64,000 bases of DNA from Candidatus Thorarchaeota archaeon (GTDB lineage: Archaea > Asgardarchaeota > Thorarchaeia > Thorarchaeales > Thorarchaeaceae), in NCBI GenBank assembly GCA_011364905.1, contig RDNZ01000002.1, forward strand, positions 1 through 64,000. The letters are read 5' to 3'. Both the position numbers and the translations under genes were made by a program. How positions within the stretch are numbered: the stretch's first letter is position 1; each line of letters begins with the position of its first letter. Below, in pieces: positions 1-10,445 of the stretch. The notes beneath the pieces were generated by a model, which worked only from the letters and a program-made list of their open reading frames with translations, did not search any database and had not been told where the DNA came from.

Positions 1-56
1 CTTAGTCTATGGGAGTTGGCGAAAGATTCAAACTAGAAACGTGTAAACGCAGAGTC

Positions 57-1010
57 ATGAAACTCGGTGAAATCTATCGGAAAATCGTAGCCATGGGAAT
101 CAAGGCAGACCCAAGAGGCAGAAACAGGGTAAATCAGATTCTGGAAGACTCAGCAAAATCCCTAGATAAACTGGAAGGCAGAAAGAAAGAGTTTGCAGAT
201 AGAGATGTGATGTGGAATCCGTATACAGATTGTAGACTTCTTTACGGAAATGATGACCGTGAGGTGAAAAGCTTGCTTTGTGGCATCGATATCGGTACAG
301 GAGAGATTGTGCTTGCAGACAGACTCACCCAAAAAGGGGAGCAAGTTGACTTGGTCCTCGCACATCATCCTCATGGAATTGGTATCTCGAATCTTGACTA
401 TGTCATGAAAATTCAGCCAGAGCAATGGGCGGCTGCAGGAGTGCCAATTGCACAAGCGGAATCTGCAATGGCAGAGCGAATGAAAGAGGTTCACCATCTT
501 ACAAAAGCACGAAACCATACACAAACGATAGATGCAGCAAGACTACTTGATATCCCATTTATGTGCGCACACACGCCAGCAGATTCTCTAGGTTATCAGT
601 TCCTCACGAACTATCTGAAGGAGAAGAATCCATCAATCCTCGGAGACCTCGTTGACACTCTGCTCGAAATTCCTGAGTACCAACAGGCTGAAAAAGTAGG
701 AGCCGGTCCAGAGATTCTCATCGGAAAAGACAGTGGGAGTGTTGGAGCGAAGCATGTATTCTTTACAGGTGGAACATCAGCAGGGCCTAAGTCGATACCT
801 AAGTTGGCTAGTGCAGGTATAAGCACGATTGTCACAATGCATATGCCGCCAGAGGTCAAGAAGGTCTGCGAGGAGGAGGGACTCTATGTCGTCATTGCTG
901 GACATGATAGCTCTGATTCGATTGGAATGAATCTGATCCTAGATGAATTAGAGAAAGAAGGCATTAAGAGCTATGCTTGTTCGGGTTTTACACGACATAG
1001 GAGAAGTTGA
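57..1010 (+). CDS. NIF3 (NGG1-interacting factor 3)-like dinuclear metal protein
   Basis: GIDI, AHHP, CAHTPAD, TMH and AGHDSSDSIG motifs; ATG at 57 (MKLGEIY) preferred over ORF start at 9. Confidence 0.85.
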   Translation: MKLGEIYRKIVAMGIKADPRGRNRVNQILEDSAKSLDKLEGRKKEFADRDVMWNPYTDCRLLYGNDDREVKSLLCGIDIGTGEIVLADRLTQKGEQVDLVLAHHPHGIGISNLDYVMKIQPEQWAAAGVPIAQAESAMAERMKEVHHLTKARNHTQTIDAARLLDIPFMCAHTPADSLGYQFLTNYLKEKNPSILGDLVDTLLEIPEYQQAEKVGAGPEILIGKDSGSVGAKHVFFTGGTSAGPKSIPKLASAGISTIVTMHMPPEVKKVCEEEGLYVVIAGHDSSDSIGMNLILDELEKEGIKSYACSGFTRHRRS

Positions 1011-1096
1011 ATCCTTCGTAAGCCTATTGATAGTTTGGTTGAAAAATCCGAACCAACCAAAGCTATACTCAACAACTCACAAGATTCATATGTAGC

Positions 1097-2737
1097 ATGA
1101 ATACTGTGGCACACCCGTTGGTAATGTGGGAAGAACTAACTATTGCGTTCAACATTATTGGCGGACTAGCTCTCTTTATGTACGGTGTAACTTTGCTCAG
1201 AGAAACGCTAGGCAAGATATCTGGTAAAAGCGTCGTTCGCGTTCTTGAAAAAGTAAGCAACAATCCTATCAAAGGGATGGTAGCTGGAACTGCAGCGACA
1301 ACTCTGACTCAAAGCTCAAGCATCACAGTTCTAACATTGATTGGTTTTGTAAATGCTGGAATGATGACTTTCCGACAGTCTGTAAATGTCATGCTGGGTT
1401 CAGAAATAGGAACGACTGTTACTGCTCAGCTCGTATCATTTAATGTTGGATTGGCTTTTTGGCCACTCGTTGCAATTGGATTCTTTATGAAAATGTTCTC
1501 GAAGAATGAAAGGGTACAACTGATAGGTACCGTGATTTTCAGTCTGGGCCTTCTCTTCCTTGCCATGGAATTCATGAAGGAAGGTGCCAAACCACTCACA
1601 TCGGAAGACTATCCATTCTTCAGTAATCTGATAAATGATTATGGAGCAATACCCATCATTGGAATTCTAATTGGTGCGTTAATCGCAGGTGTCACTCAGA
1701 GTAGTTCAGCAACCACGAGTCTTGTCATTGCAATGGGAGCTGCCAATGTCATTACTCTCGAACCTGCAATTGCACTTGTTATGGGAGCGAATATAGGTAC
1801 ATGTTTCCTTGAACTGTTCGCGGCTATCGGAGCAACCTCACCTGCAAAACGAACCGCTCTTGCGCAAGCAATGATTAATGTTATTGGAGTTGCTATGTTT
1901 CTTCCGTTTCTTGCACCATATGCGAATCTCATACTCCATACAGATGCAAGTCTAGCTCGCCAAATTGCTAATGCCCACACCATCTTCAATGTGATCGTGA
2001 GCTTGATTTTCATCCCTCTGGTCGGATTGCTGGTAAGATTCTGTGAAAGACTCATACCTGACAAAGAAGGGGAGGTAATAGGCAAACACTTCTATGATGA
2101 AGAGATGCTTCATCTGCCGCAAGCCGCACTGCTCGAGTCAGAGAGAGAAATTCATAGAACAGCCGAGAGAACTCTCGAGATGATTTTACTTAGTAAGAGT
2201 GCTCTCCTTGCCAAGAACCTCGATGATGCGAGAAAAGTCATACAACTTGAGGAAGAGGTTGATGAAAGATGCCGCAGTACTGAGGACTTCATCGACAAAA
2301 TCAGGGAAGAGGAGCTCAACAAAGTAGACGCAATTTGGAGGATTAAACTCCTTGCCATTCTCACGGACATCGAAAGAGTAGGGGACCTTGCCTCCAACAT
2401 TGCTGAATTTGTGATTGAGAAGCTGAAGAATGGCATATCCTTCTCACATGAAGGAAGCAGAGATCTCACACGAATGTTCGATCTTGTGGAAGAAACATAC
2501 TCAACTGCGATTAATGCTTTGAAAACCAAAAACAAAGACCTTGCGAAGATAGCCGAAAGACTTGAAGATGAAATTGATGTTCTTGAGAGAATTCTAAAGC
2601 AGGGCCATGTTGAACGGGTCAGAACTGGTGTCTGCGACCCTCAGGCAGATACGGTCTTTGTTGAAACTCTGAGAAACCTAGAGAGAATTGGTGACCACGC
2701 AGACAATATCGCTTATGATGTCATAATGGATACCTAA
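1097..2737 (+). CDS. Na/Pi cotransporter family protein with C-terminal PhoU domains
   Basis: Two QSSS repeats, GSEIGTT/GANIGT, AHTIFN; C-terminal DIERVGD and NLERIGDH PhoU motifs. Confidence 0.93.
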   Translation: MNTVAHPLVMWEELTIAFNIIGGLALFMYGVTLLRETLGKISGKSVVRVLEKVSNNPIKGMVAGTAATTLTQSSSITVLTLIGFVNAGMMTFRQSVNVMLGSEIGTTVTAQLVSFNVGLAFWPLVAIGFFMKMFSKNERVQLIGTVIFSLGLLFLAMEFMKEGAKPLTSEDYPFFSNLINDYGAIPIIGILIGALIAGVTQSSSATTSLVIAMGAANVITLEPAIALVMGANIGTCFLELFAAIGATSPAKRTALAQAMINVIGVAMFLPFLAPYANLILHTDASLARQIANAHTIFNVIVSLIFIPLVGLLVRFCERLIPDKEGEVIGKHFYDEEMLHLPQAALLESEREIHRTAERTLEMILLSKSALLAKNLDDARKVIQLEEEVDERCRSTEDFIDKIREEELNKVDAIWRIKLLAILTDIERVGDLASNIAEFVIEKLKNGISFSHEGSRDLTRMFDLVEETYSTAINALKTKNKDLAKIAERLEDEIDVLERILKQGHVERVRTGVCDPQADTVFVETLRNLERIGDHADNIAYDVIMDT

Positions 2738-2799
2738 CATGGCACCAAAAAATGGTCTTGGGGGATTTGTAGACTTGAGATTGTATTAGTGCATCCAGA

Positions 2800-4269
2800 T
2801 TACTTCGTTTTCTTGGAGGTTGCCTTTCTCTTCTTTTGTTTTGGTTCTAGCCCTCCTGCATGAGTCATTCTTTCAGGCGAAAGCACGACATCTAACCAAT
2901 CAGCATCTAGAAGGCCTTCCTCAAGCACAATATCCCGGATGGGTCGACCTGTGTCTAACGCGATTTTCGCAACACGTGACGCTGCGTCATATCCAATAAC
3001 AGGATTGAGTGCAGTGACCAGTCCAACGCTTCGATGCACGACCTCTAGACCAGAAGGATTCGGTTTGATTCCCTTCACGCATTTTTCAGTGAATATTGGA
3101 ATTGCATTCTTCAGAATCTTAAGTGCTTGAAAGAAGTTGTATGCAATGAGAGGTTCGAAAGCATTGAGCTCAAGCTGCCCTGACTGCGCAGCCATTGAAA
3201 TAACAGTGTCGTAACCAATCACCTGAAGGGCGACCTGCTTCACCATTTCAGCGATTACTGGATTGACTTTGCCTGGCATTATTGAAGATCCCGGTTGAAC
3301 TGGTGGAAGTACGATTTCATGAAATCCACCAATGGGACCAGAAGAGAGTACAATGAGGTCCCCAGTTATTTTGGATAGATTAGTTGCAATTACTCTTAGA
3401 AGTCCAGAAGCATGCACAAACTCATCTGAATTCTGAGTGTCATCAATTAGATTCTCCGCTGTTGTTAGCTCCGTGATACCTGTCACTTCAATGAGATGTT
3501 TTTCTGCTAGTTTGATATACTCAGGGTCAGCATTAAGTGAAGTGCCAATTGCTGTCGCACCGATATTGTGGGTTTTTAGGATGTCAATAGCTGAACCAAT
3601 CCTCTCAATATCGCGTCTTACAGCGGCAGACCAAGCTCCAAACTCCTGACCAAGAGTAATGGGCACTGCATCTTGCATTTCTGTTCGGCCCAATTTCAGA
3701 ATGCCTTTGAATTCTTCAACCTTCTCATCAAGTGCCAATTTGAGGTCTTGAAGATTTGAGGCGAGGTCACGAAGGCCATAGATGGTAGCAATTTTGATTG
3801 CTGTGGGATAGACATCGTTAGTAGACTGCGAGTGGTTTACATGGTCATGCGAAGAGATTGGACTCATTGAATTTCGCTCTTCGCCAAGAATCTCGTTGGC
3901 TCGAGAAGCAATAACCTCGTTGACACACATATTGGTAGATGTACCAGCTCCACCCTGAAGCATATCCACATCAAACTGATCTTCGAGAGATCCAGCGATT
4001 ATCTCATCGCACGCCTGAATAATTACTTTGGCATATTTCTTATCGATATGACCAAGATCTTGGTTTGCTAGAGCACAAGCCTTCTTGACCATAGCCAGAG
4101 ACTGAACCAGCGTTGAAAAATTGTTTAAACGAACGAGAGAAACGCCGAAGTTCTCCTGAGCACGAAGGGTCTGTATCCCCCAATAGACATCTTTTGGTAT
4201 CTTTCTTGTGCCCAAGAGGTCACTCTCTTCTCGGTACTCCTGTGAATCATTACTCATGTCTTTCGCCAA
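2800..4269 (-). CDS. aspA: Aspartate ammonia-lyase
   Basis: YWGIQTLRAQENF, GGAGTSTNM, QSTNDVYPTA, GRTEMQDA and the GSSIMPGKVNP fumarase/aspartase signature; ATG at 4257 is a possible start. Confidence 0.92.
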   Translation of the reverse strand: MAKDMSNDSQEYREESDLLGTRKIPKDVYWGIQTLRAQENFGVSLVRLNNFSTLVQSLAMVKKACALANQDLGHIDKKYAKVIIQACDEIIAGSLEDQFDVDMLQGGAGTSTNMCVNEVIASRANEILGEERNSMSPISSHDHVNHSQSTNDVYPTAIKIATIYGLRDLASNLQDLKLALDEKVEEFKGILKLGRTEMQDAVPITLGQEFGAWSAAVRRDIERIGSAIDILKTHNIGATAIGTSLNADPEYIKLAEKHLIEVTGITELTTAENLIDDTQNSDEFVHASGLLRVIATNLSKITGDLIVLSSGPIGGFHEIVLPPVQPGSSIMPGKVNPVIAEMVKQVALQVIGYDTVISMAAQSGQLELNAFEPLIAYNFFQALKILKNAIPIFTEKCVKGIKPNPSGLEVVHRSVGLVTALNPVIGYDAASRVAKIALDTGRPIRDIVLEEGLLDADWLDVVLSPERMTHAGGLEPKQKKRKATSKKTK

Positions 4270-4301
4270 GAAAATTGGTACTCTGACTGGTTAAAAGATT
4301 A

Positions 4302-5888
4302 TTAGAAGCCGGCAGCTTGGCCGTCTTTTCTGTAATCAGACCCAGCAATCCATGCATCCTCAAGTCTGAGAATGGCTTGGCCTCCACCGAAATACGTAGC
4401 GCTTTCAGGGATAAGCAGATGGCCGCGCTTTTGAAGTTCGCTTTGGACTTGAGGAGGAATCTCATTCTCCAAGCCAACCTCATTAGTTTCATGATTGTGA
4501 TCGAATCTTGGATAATCTATTGCTTCCTGTGGACTCATTCCGTAGTCAACCACATTACTGACAACCTGCGCGTGCGCCTGAGCTTGGTGTGAACCTCCCA
4601 TAATCCCAAACACGCCGAGTAGACTCTTTTCTTTGTATAAAGCCCCAGGAATTATCGTGTGAAAAGGAAGTTTCCTTGGAGCATAAGAGTTGGGATGTCC
4701 TGGGTCCAGAGAAAACAGATGACCACGATTCTGAAGTTTAATCCCTGTTCCAGTGGCAACAAGTCCGCTTCCAATGCCCATGTAGAGAGAGTTGATGAAA
4801 GAAACTGCATTGCCCTCGCCATCAGCAGTAGCGAGATAGACTGTGTCAGAACCCAATGACAAACCGGGGTTGTATACAATCATCGAGTGTTCTAAATCAA
4901 TTAACTCGGCTCTCTTCTTGGCATATGACTTCGCCAGTAACTCCTTCAACGGCACATCATAGAAGTCAGGATCGGCATTGTGCTGATGCAAGTCTGCGTA
5001 AGCTAATTTCTTTGCCTCAATCATGATATGATATCTCTCGGCACTAAGAGGTGCAAACTTGGAGAAATCGAAAGTTTCCATTATATTCAACATGGAAAGA
5101 GCTGCAAATCCTTGACCGTTTGGTGGATGCTCGTATACTGTTATGCCTCTATAGTCTGTTGAAATCGGTTTGGTTTCTGCAGTTCTATGTGACGCCAAAT
5201 CCTCAAGGGTGAGGAACCCACCATCCTCTTGGACAGTCTTGACAATCGATTGGGCAATTCTCCCAGTGTAGAACGCATCAAGTCCATTCTTCGCGACCAA
5301 TTCAAGAGTATCCGCTAGGTCTCGATTCTTACTCGTTTGGCCGACTCTTGGAACGTCTCCAAATATATCACGAGCCGCATCATTTCTGAGAACTTTAGAG
5401 ACCCCTTTCCAGGCTAATCCAATCAGAGGAGAAACAGGAAAGCCATCACGAGCATAGTGAATTGCGGGCTCTAGAATATCTTTCATTTGAAGTACGCCAT
5501 GTTTCTCGATGATGGTACACCATAGGTGAAGGGCGCCTGGAACTGTCACAGGTGGTCCCCCACGAGCAGGCATGCTGGTCCAACCTTTATTGAGCAAATC
5601 CTCAAGATCAATTAGAGAACCAGATCTACCTGATCCATTGTAACTTATCGGCTCAGTCTTATCAGCCAGATGAATCAGAGTGAAAGCATCTCCTCCGCAT
5701 CCAGTGCTGAACGGTTCAACGACATCAAGTACAGCTGCGGCAGCGACAGCGGCATCTATTGCATTGCCGCCTCTGCGTATTATGTTTAAGCCCGCCTGCG
5801 TGGCTAAGGGCTGAGATGTGGCAACAACGCCATCACGCGCTACAACATCAGATCGACTAACTAGTTTTCTCGCGGGTACTATATTCAC
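4302..5888 (-). CDS. ggt: Gamma-glutamyltransferase
   Basis: GGNAIDAAVA, VPG, PPNGQG, catalytic DTVYL...GNAVS, QNRG, PFHTIIP, MGG, DYRKDG. Confidence 0.93.
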   Translation of the reverse strand: MNIVPARKLVSRSDVVARDGVVATSQPLATQAGLNIIRRGGNAIDAAVAAAAVLDVVEPFSTGCGGDAFTLIHLADKTEPISYNGSGRSGSLIDLEDLLNKGWTSMPARGGPPVTVPGALHLWCTIIEKHGVLQMKDILEPAIHYARDGFPVSPLIGLAWKGVSKVLRNDAARDIFGDVPRVGQTSKNRDLADTLELVAKNGLDAFYTGRIAQSIVKTVQEDGGFLTLEDLASHRTAETKPISTDYRGITVYEHPPNGQGFAALSMLNIMETFDFSKFAPLSAERYHIMIEAKKLAYADLHQHNADPDFYDVPLKELLAKSYAKKRAELIDLEHSMIVYNPGLSLGSDTVYLATADGEGNAVSFINSLYMGIGSGLVATGTGIKLQNRGHLFSLDPGHPNSYAPRKLPFHTIIPGALYKEKSLLGVFGIMGGSHQAQAHAQVVSNVVDYGMSPQEAIDYPRFDHNHETNEVGLENEIPPQVQSELQKRGHLLIPESATYFGGGQAILRLEDAWIAGSDYRKDGQAAGF

Positions 5889-6046
5889 CTTCTGCTGCTG
5901 AGTCTATAAAATCGAACTCCTCATTCTGGCTTTGTCTCAAGCACATCTAGTCAGCCTTAGCGATTTGTCTTTTAAGAATAGGGGATTGCCATGTATTCAC
6001 TGAATACGCAAAGATTAAACTACTGCAAATCGAATATGAAATTGCT

Positions 6047-6517
6047 ATGGACGAACAACGTGACAGTATGGAACCTGAAGAGGGAATAGTAGCAGACACC
6101 TCACTTGATATCATCAGAAAAGCGGCAACGAAAGTCTTGTATGAGTATACTGAGAAAATCGTCGACATGGATGGGGAAGAACGACCGACAGGAAGTGAGA
6201 TTCAGATCGGTGACACCGTCCTTTTCGAGGAAAAGATTCCGCACTGCCCTGCAAGAATAGTTGCAGTTCGACTCATCAGGAACTTCTGGTATCTCAATGC
6301 GACATCTCAGACTCCCAAGGGTGGATATCCATCCGGTAGAGATGCGATGAAGGCAGCTGAGATGGACCATCAGAACCTCCGAATCCTTGAGAGATACCTG
6401 ATTTCCAATTCGGGTCCGAATCACGTGAAGGATGTACGTGCTTGGAAGCCTGACTTGAAGGGAGAAGCTGTGGATGTTCTGGGATTAATTGGATCAGCTA
6501 CGAAGAGATGGTCTTGA
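6047..6517 (+). CDS. Hypothetical soluble protein
   Basis: 156-aa ORF filling the gap between ggt and the signal peptidase; no motif recognised. Confidence 0.65.
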   Translation: MDEQRDSMEPEEGIVADTSLDIIRKAATKVLYEYTEKIVDMDGEERPTGSEIQIGDTVLFEEKIPHCPARIVAVRLIRNFWYLNATSQTPKGGYPSGRDAMKAAEMDHQNLRILERYLISNSGPNHVKDVRAWKPDLKGEAVDVLGLIGSATKRWS

Positions 6518-6573
6518 ATCGTTCGTCAGTTTTATTAAACCACCGAAGTTAGTGCAGTAAAGGCGATAATATC

Positions 6574-7152
6574 TTGCAGAAGCTTCGTCAAAAACTCAAG
6601 TGGGGCCAGCGGTCTGATACCGTGAAGACTGCTTTCTTTATGGTGCTGTTTGTTGGATTCATCTTTGGTGGTTATGGTGTTTTCACGATTGCAATGGGCA
6701 CTCCAACTCCTCTTGTGGTTGTCACAAGCGGTTCTATGTCTCCGACTCTTGAAAGAGGGTATCTCCTTGTCCTCCAAAAACATGCTCCTGGCAACATCCT
6801 TGTAGGAGATATCGTTGTCTATAAAGCCGATTGGCACACTGAAGCTCCAGTAGTGCATCGCGTGATCCAGCGAGAGTTTGTTGATGGAGAGTACAGATAT
6901 TACACCCAGGGAGACGCGAATAGTGAACCTGACATTGGCTACCGAACATATGATGACATTGTAGGCGTTGTAATATTGTCAATTCCATGGATTGGAAACA
7001 TCACACTCTTCCTTCAACAACCTGGCGTCCTACCTGTGATTCTGGTCCTGCTGGTCATATTGATCTTTCTTCCGGATCTCTTGCCAAAAAAGGACAATAT
7101 GGAAAGGACTGCGACCACTCAAGAATCAGGAAATGATATACAGTATGCCTAG
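6574..7152 (+). CDS. Signal peptidase I, archaeal/eukaryotic Sec11 (S26B) type
   Basis: TM helix followed by VVVTSGSMSP (Ser), VVHR (His) and TQGDAN..D. Confidence 0.92.
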   Translation: MQKLRQKLKWGQRSDTVKTAFFMVLFVGFIFGGYGVFTIAMGTPTPLVVVTSGSMSPTLERGYLLVLQKHAPGNILVGDIVVYKADWHTEAPVVHRVIQREFVDGEYRYYTQGDANSEPDIGYRTYDDIVGVVILSIPWIGNITLFLQQPGVLPVILVLLVILIFLPDLLPKKDNMERTATTQESGNDIQYA

Positions 7153-7167
7153 CTGATGAAAACATCA

Positions 7168-8733
7168 CTACTCGAACAGTGTGTCAACAAGTGCAGTGAA
7201 TGATTCGGCGTATCCGTGCGGCAGAGACCCGTCATTTGTTTCACGAACGAATTGAGTCGCTGTTTCTTCATCGAACCTCATCGTGAATATCCTGTCACCC
7301 ATCTCCTGGGAGAGAGCTTCAAACTTAGCACCTTTAGTCGAGGCGGGTACTGCTATCACTGCAGCTCTGACTGCGTCAGAGTCAAGTATATTCTTGAGAC
7401 GATTTACAGAATAATAGGCGGCTACGCCACCGCTACGGTTCCAATCCTTCACGTTGGGCAAGTCAATTCCAATATATTTCGTGAGCCCGTCTTTAGTGAG
7501 CTCGATTATAGCCGCTTCTTGTTTCTGTGTTCCAGCTCCTGAAACTTGAAGCTCAACCTGAATCCCAAGTGGCTGTGCAGCCAAGGTGAGTGCTTTCACA
7601 ATTGAATTCAGCACAACTGTAGCTGTCAGCTTGATAACATAGTCTTCCTGAGGAGCTACCTCAACTGCTTGTTTGTCAAACAGAATCTCATCCAATCGAG
7701 GGATCAAATACCTAATTGCTTCTCTCGGATTCCCTTCACTCTCACGAAAAGCTGAATCAATATCGGTTTCTGTATATGGATACAATGAATCTGGAGGAGA
7801 TTCAATATTCTGCTGCTGCCAATATTTGGACATGGTTTCAGTGACGAATGCGGACACATCATCCTTTGAGAATGGTCTGAGGTGGATAGGAGATTCCATT
7901 CGAGACCTCATGGGTCCATCAGCAATAGTATAGATCCGATCCCATATCTCAGTAAGGCAGGACGCTATGATTACGACATTTTTGGTTTCATTGTAGAGCC
8001 TCTTCAAGACCTCCAAGAAATGGCGTTCCGCTTCTTCTCCATATGCATTGAATGGGCCTTCCATTTCATCGATAAACAGAACGATAGGTCTCTCAGACCC
8101 TTCTGTCAGAATCTTCAGCATTGCCAGTGTGACATCGTCCTCTTCGAGAATGGTCCGAATACCAAGCCGCTCAAGTTCTTGTTCATTAAGGGCATCACCA
8201 AGTAGCCACCTTCGAGCAAGATCGTGGGTAGCTGGATCTAATCGAAACCGCAGCAATGCTTTGACTGCATCTGAAGAAATTCCAGGATAATCAACAAGAA
8301 GTCGCTCCATGGCATATGTATAATCGTAAATCTCATGCGTGACACCTTTGACACCGCCAAACTTGGTGATCAACATGTCGACAGCGTCTTCAAACAACTC
8401 ATCACCTCCGACATCCACGATGCAGGTGTGAAGGTGCAATGGGATTCGCACCGGCGAGGGAGGTGAAGGGACATAGACAGCGAGGAAGTTGCCTGCTGCA
8501 AATAGGTCCTCCTTTTCCTTTATGACCCAATAGAGGTGTGTTTTTCCCATCCCTGCAGTTCCAAGAATAGGTTGAAATCTTGGCGTGTGGTCCTTCATTG
8601 TGAACCTTGCCACACGAAGAATAGCTCGATCTGCATCTTGATGAGGACCAGGAATATCAACATCGTCGGGCGTATCACCTCTCGAAACATACCTCCTCAA
8701 GGGCGGATCTTCTTTCAGTATCTCGAGATACAT
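7168..8733 (-). CDS. AAA+/P-loop ATPase (BrxD-like by resemblance) with a C-terminal alpha/beta domain
   Basis: Walker A GTAGMGKT, Walker B LFIDEME, putative Arg finger MRSRM, GNPR sensor-2-like motif. Confidence 0.75.
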   Translation of the reverse strand: MYLEILKEDPPLRRYVSRGDTPDDVDIPGPHQDADRAILRVARFTMKDHTPRFQPILGTAGMGKTHLYWVIKEKEDLFAAGNFLAVYVPSPPSPVRIPLHLHTCIVDVGGDELFEDAVDMLITKFGGVKGVTHEIYDYTYAMERLLVDYPGISSDAVKALLRFRLDPATHDLARRWLLGDALNEQELERLGIRTILEEDDVTLAMLKILTEGSERPIVLFIDEMEGPFNAYGEEAERHFLEVLKRLYNETKNVVIIASCLTEIWDRIYTIADGPMRSRMESPIHLRPFSKDDVSAFVTETMSKYWQQQNIESPPDSLYPYTETDIDSAFRESEGNPREAIRYLIPRLDEILFDKQAVEVAPQEDYVIKLTATVVLNSIVKALTLAAQPLGIQVELQVSGAGTQKQEAAIIELTKDGLTKYIGIDLPNVKDWNRSGGVAAYYSVNRLKNILDSDAVRAAVIAVPASTKGAKFEALSQEMGDRIFTMRFDEETATQFVRETNDGSLPHGYAESFTALVDTLFE

Positions 8734-8935
8734 CGCAGTATCAAAATCAGTAGGGGGGTCACTTGGTGGAGTAATCGTCGGAGCCTCCTTGCGCAGATTG
8801 TTATTCGTGACGAAATGATATGAATGTACCGAACCGGGACCGTTGGGTAAAAGAATAACAGAGGTTAGCCAACGGTTTTTGTGCCCTATGAAGGACTATG
8901 AAAATCAGTAGAACTTGCAGAAAGTGATTTTAAAA

Positions 8936-8983
8936 CCGAGGGGCCTTCGTATGTTTTTAAAATTGCATATCTCTCGGCCCTCG
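8936..8983 (-). terminator. GC-rich hairpin followed by a T-tract, just downstream of the GNAT stop codon
   Basis: Minus strand CGAGGGCC...GGCCCCTCG-GTTTT directly after the TAG at 8989. Confidence 0.4.
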
Positions 8984-8988
8984 AAGCT

Positions 8989-9564
8989 CTAAGCAAAGCG
9001 GGAATCTATTATAGAACTTGGAGGGTACTTCTCGAGAAATTCATCTCTGAGAATATCCATGATGAGGAGTCCTTTATGGCCGCCATTTATGAACTCAGTT
9101 TCTCGTAGGACTCCAACTCTTTTGAATCCAATCTTTTCATAGACATGGATTGACCTCTCATTGTCCTCCATGGTGTCCAAATAGATACTGTGCAGTCCCA
9201 GAATGTTGAATCCGATCCACAATGTCACAAGGGTAGAATCAGTTCCATAGCCTTTCCCTCTTTGTTCGGGGTCGTAAATTGAGATACCAATCTCTGCGCG
9301 ACTATGAGGGAACAGGACATCCTCAATTCGAGCAATCCCAAGAAAATCATCAGTTTCTTTCTGTACGATTGCCATCACGAGATGTCCTTCTCGCCATGGC
9401 GTCCACTGCGAAACCTGCTCAATCCACCCTGCAATATATTCCCTAGAACGGACTATCGGAGGACCAAGAAGTCGCTTAAGCTCATAGTCGTTGTAGAACT
9501 TCATTATTTCATTCAAATCAGATTTCTCAAGAGGACGCAGACGAACGAGTTTACCATTGTACAT
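8989..9564 (-). CDS. GNAT acetyltransferase, RimJ/RimL family
   Basis: VRLRPLE, AEIGI, RGKGYGT, NERSIHVYEKIGF. Confidence 0.9.
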   Translation of the reverse strand: MYNGKLVRLRPLEKSDLNEIMKFYNDYELKRLLGPPIVRSREYIAGWIEQVSQWTPWREGHLVMAIVQKETDDFLGIARIEDVLFPHSRAEIGISIYDPEQRGKGYGTDSTLVTLWIGFNILGLHSIYLDTMEDNERSIHVYEKIGFKRVGVLRETEFINGGHKGLLIMDILRDEFLEKYPPSSIIDSRFA

Positions 9565-9680
9565 GTCTTCTAATCTTGTTTACATGCCTGATAAAGATGA
9601 TTCAATACTGTTGCCTGAATCCGGAACCCTTAACATTCACCAGATAGTTCAGATTTGAAAATCATATAGGTGAGGTCCAA

Positions 9681-10436
9681 ATGTCAAAAGCCATGCTGAA
9701 ATCGCCCGTGGGTATCTTGAAACTGCTTATCGTGATTGCAGTCCTGATTACGATTGTGCTTGTACAAGTCTTCGTGGGTGCGTATTCGCCAAATTGGATT
9801 TTCCTCTCTGGTTCTGGGATGATTGTCATTCTAGCTCTTGTCAATTTCGTTGATATGCAAGACGATGATGATTTGTCTCGTTTCACCCTTTTCATGTTCA
9901 TAGCAATGTTCGTCTGCTTCTTTGCAGATCTCCTCATGGCAGGAGTGTTCTACATTATTCCCGTAGATGTTTCAGTCCGTAGTCTAATCAATGGAGTACT
10001 ATTCTTCTTGCTAGGACATGTGATTTACCTGTTTGCTCTAAGAAACCGCTCACCTTTACTACTTCGTAGTGAGTCACCGAAATTAATTACAAGGAATCTG
10101 TTGATTTGGATTATCAGTATCGCAGGCGTCTTTGCCCTCTTCTACCTAACTCTTTTTGATCCAAGTAATTTAATCATCAGTATAGGTCTCTTTGGGTATG
10201 GTATATTCCTGACCTCCTCTCTTGCATTCAGCATCACTAAATGGTTTGATGATTTCCCTCCCAAATTCAGCCTAAGTTTAATAATCGGATTTCTGTTGTT
10301 CTTCATTTCAGACTACATTCTTGGATTGAGTATCTTGCAAGGCATAAGTTTCATTGGGATTGAAGCAGTTGGTGTTACATATCTCCTGGGTCAGCTGTCT
10401 ATCCATCTTTCTCCAATATTTGCCAGTAAGCAGTGA
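9681..10436 (+). CDS. YhhN/lysoplasmalogenase-like membrane protein
   Basis: About 8 TM helices; ADLLM, FFLLGHVIY, LFFISD, TYLLGQ motifs. Confidence 0.75.
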   Translation: MSKAMLKSPVGILKLLIVIAVLITIVLVQVFVGAYSPNWIFLSGSGMIVILALVNFVDMQDDDDLSRFTLFMFIAMFVCFFADLLMAGVFYIIPVDVSVRSLINGVLFFLLGHVIYLFALRNRSPLLLRSESPKLITRNLLIWIISIAGVFALFYLTLFDPSNLIISIGLFGYGIFLTSSLAFSITKWFDDFPPKFSLSLIIGFLLFFISDYILGLSILQGISFIGIEAVGVTYLLGQLSIHLSPIFASKQ

Positions 10437-10445
10437 GGTGTAGCA

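Noticed and set aside
8900-8991. Pyrrolysine read-through of the GNAT TAG with a downstream hairpin
   Set aside because: The GNAT domain is already complete and the extension is short and featureless; a terminator is the simpler explanation
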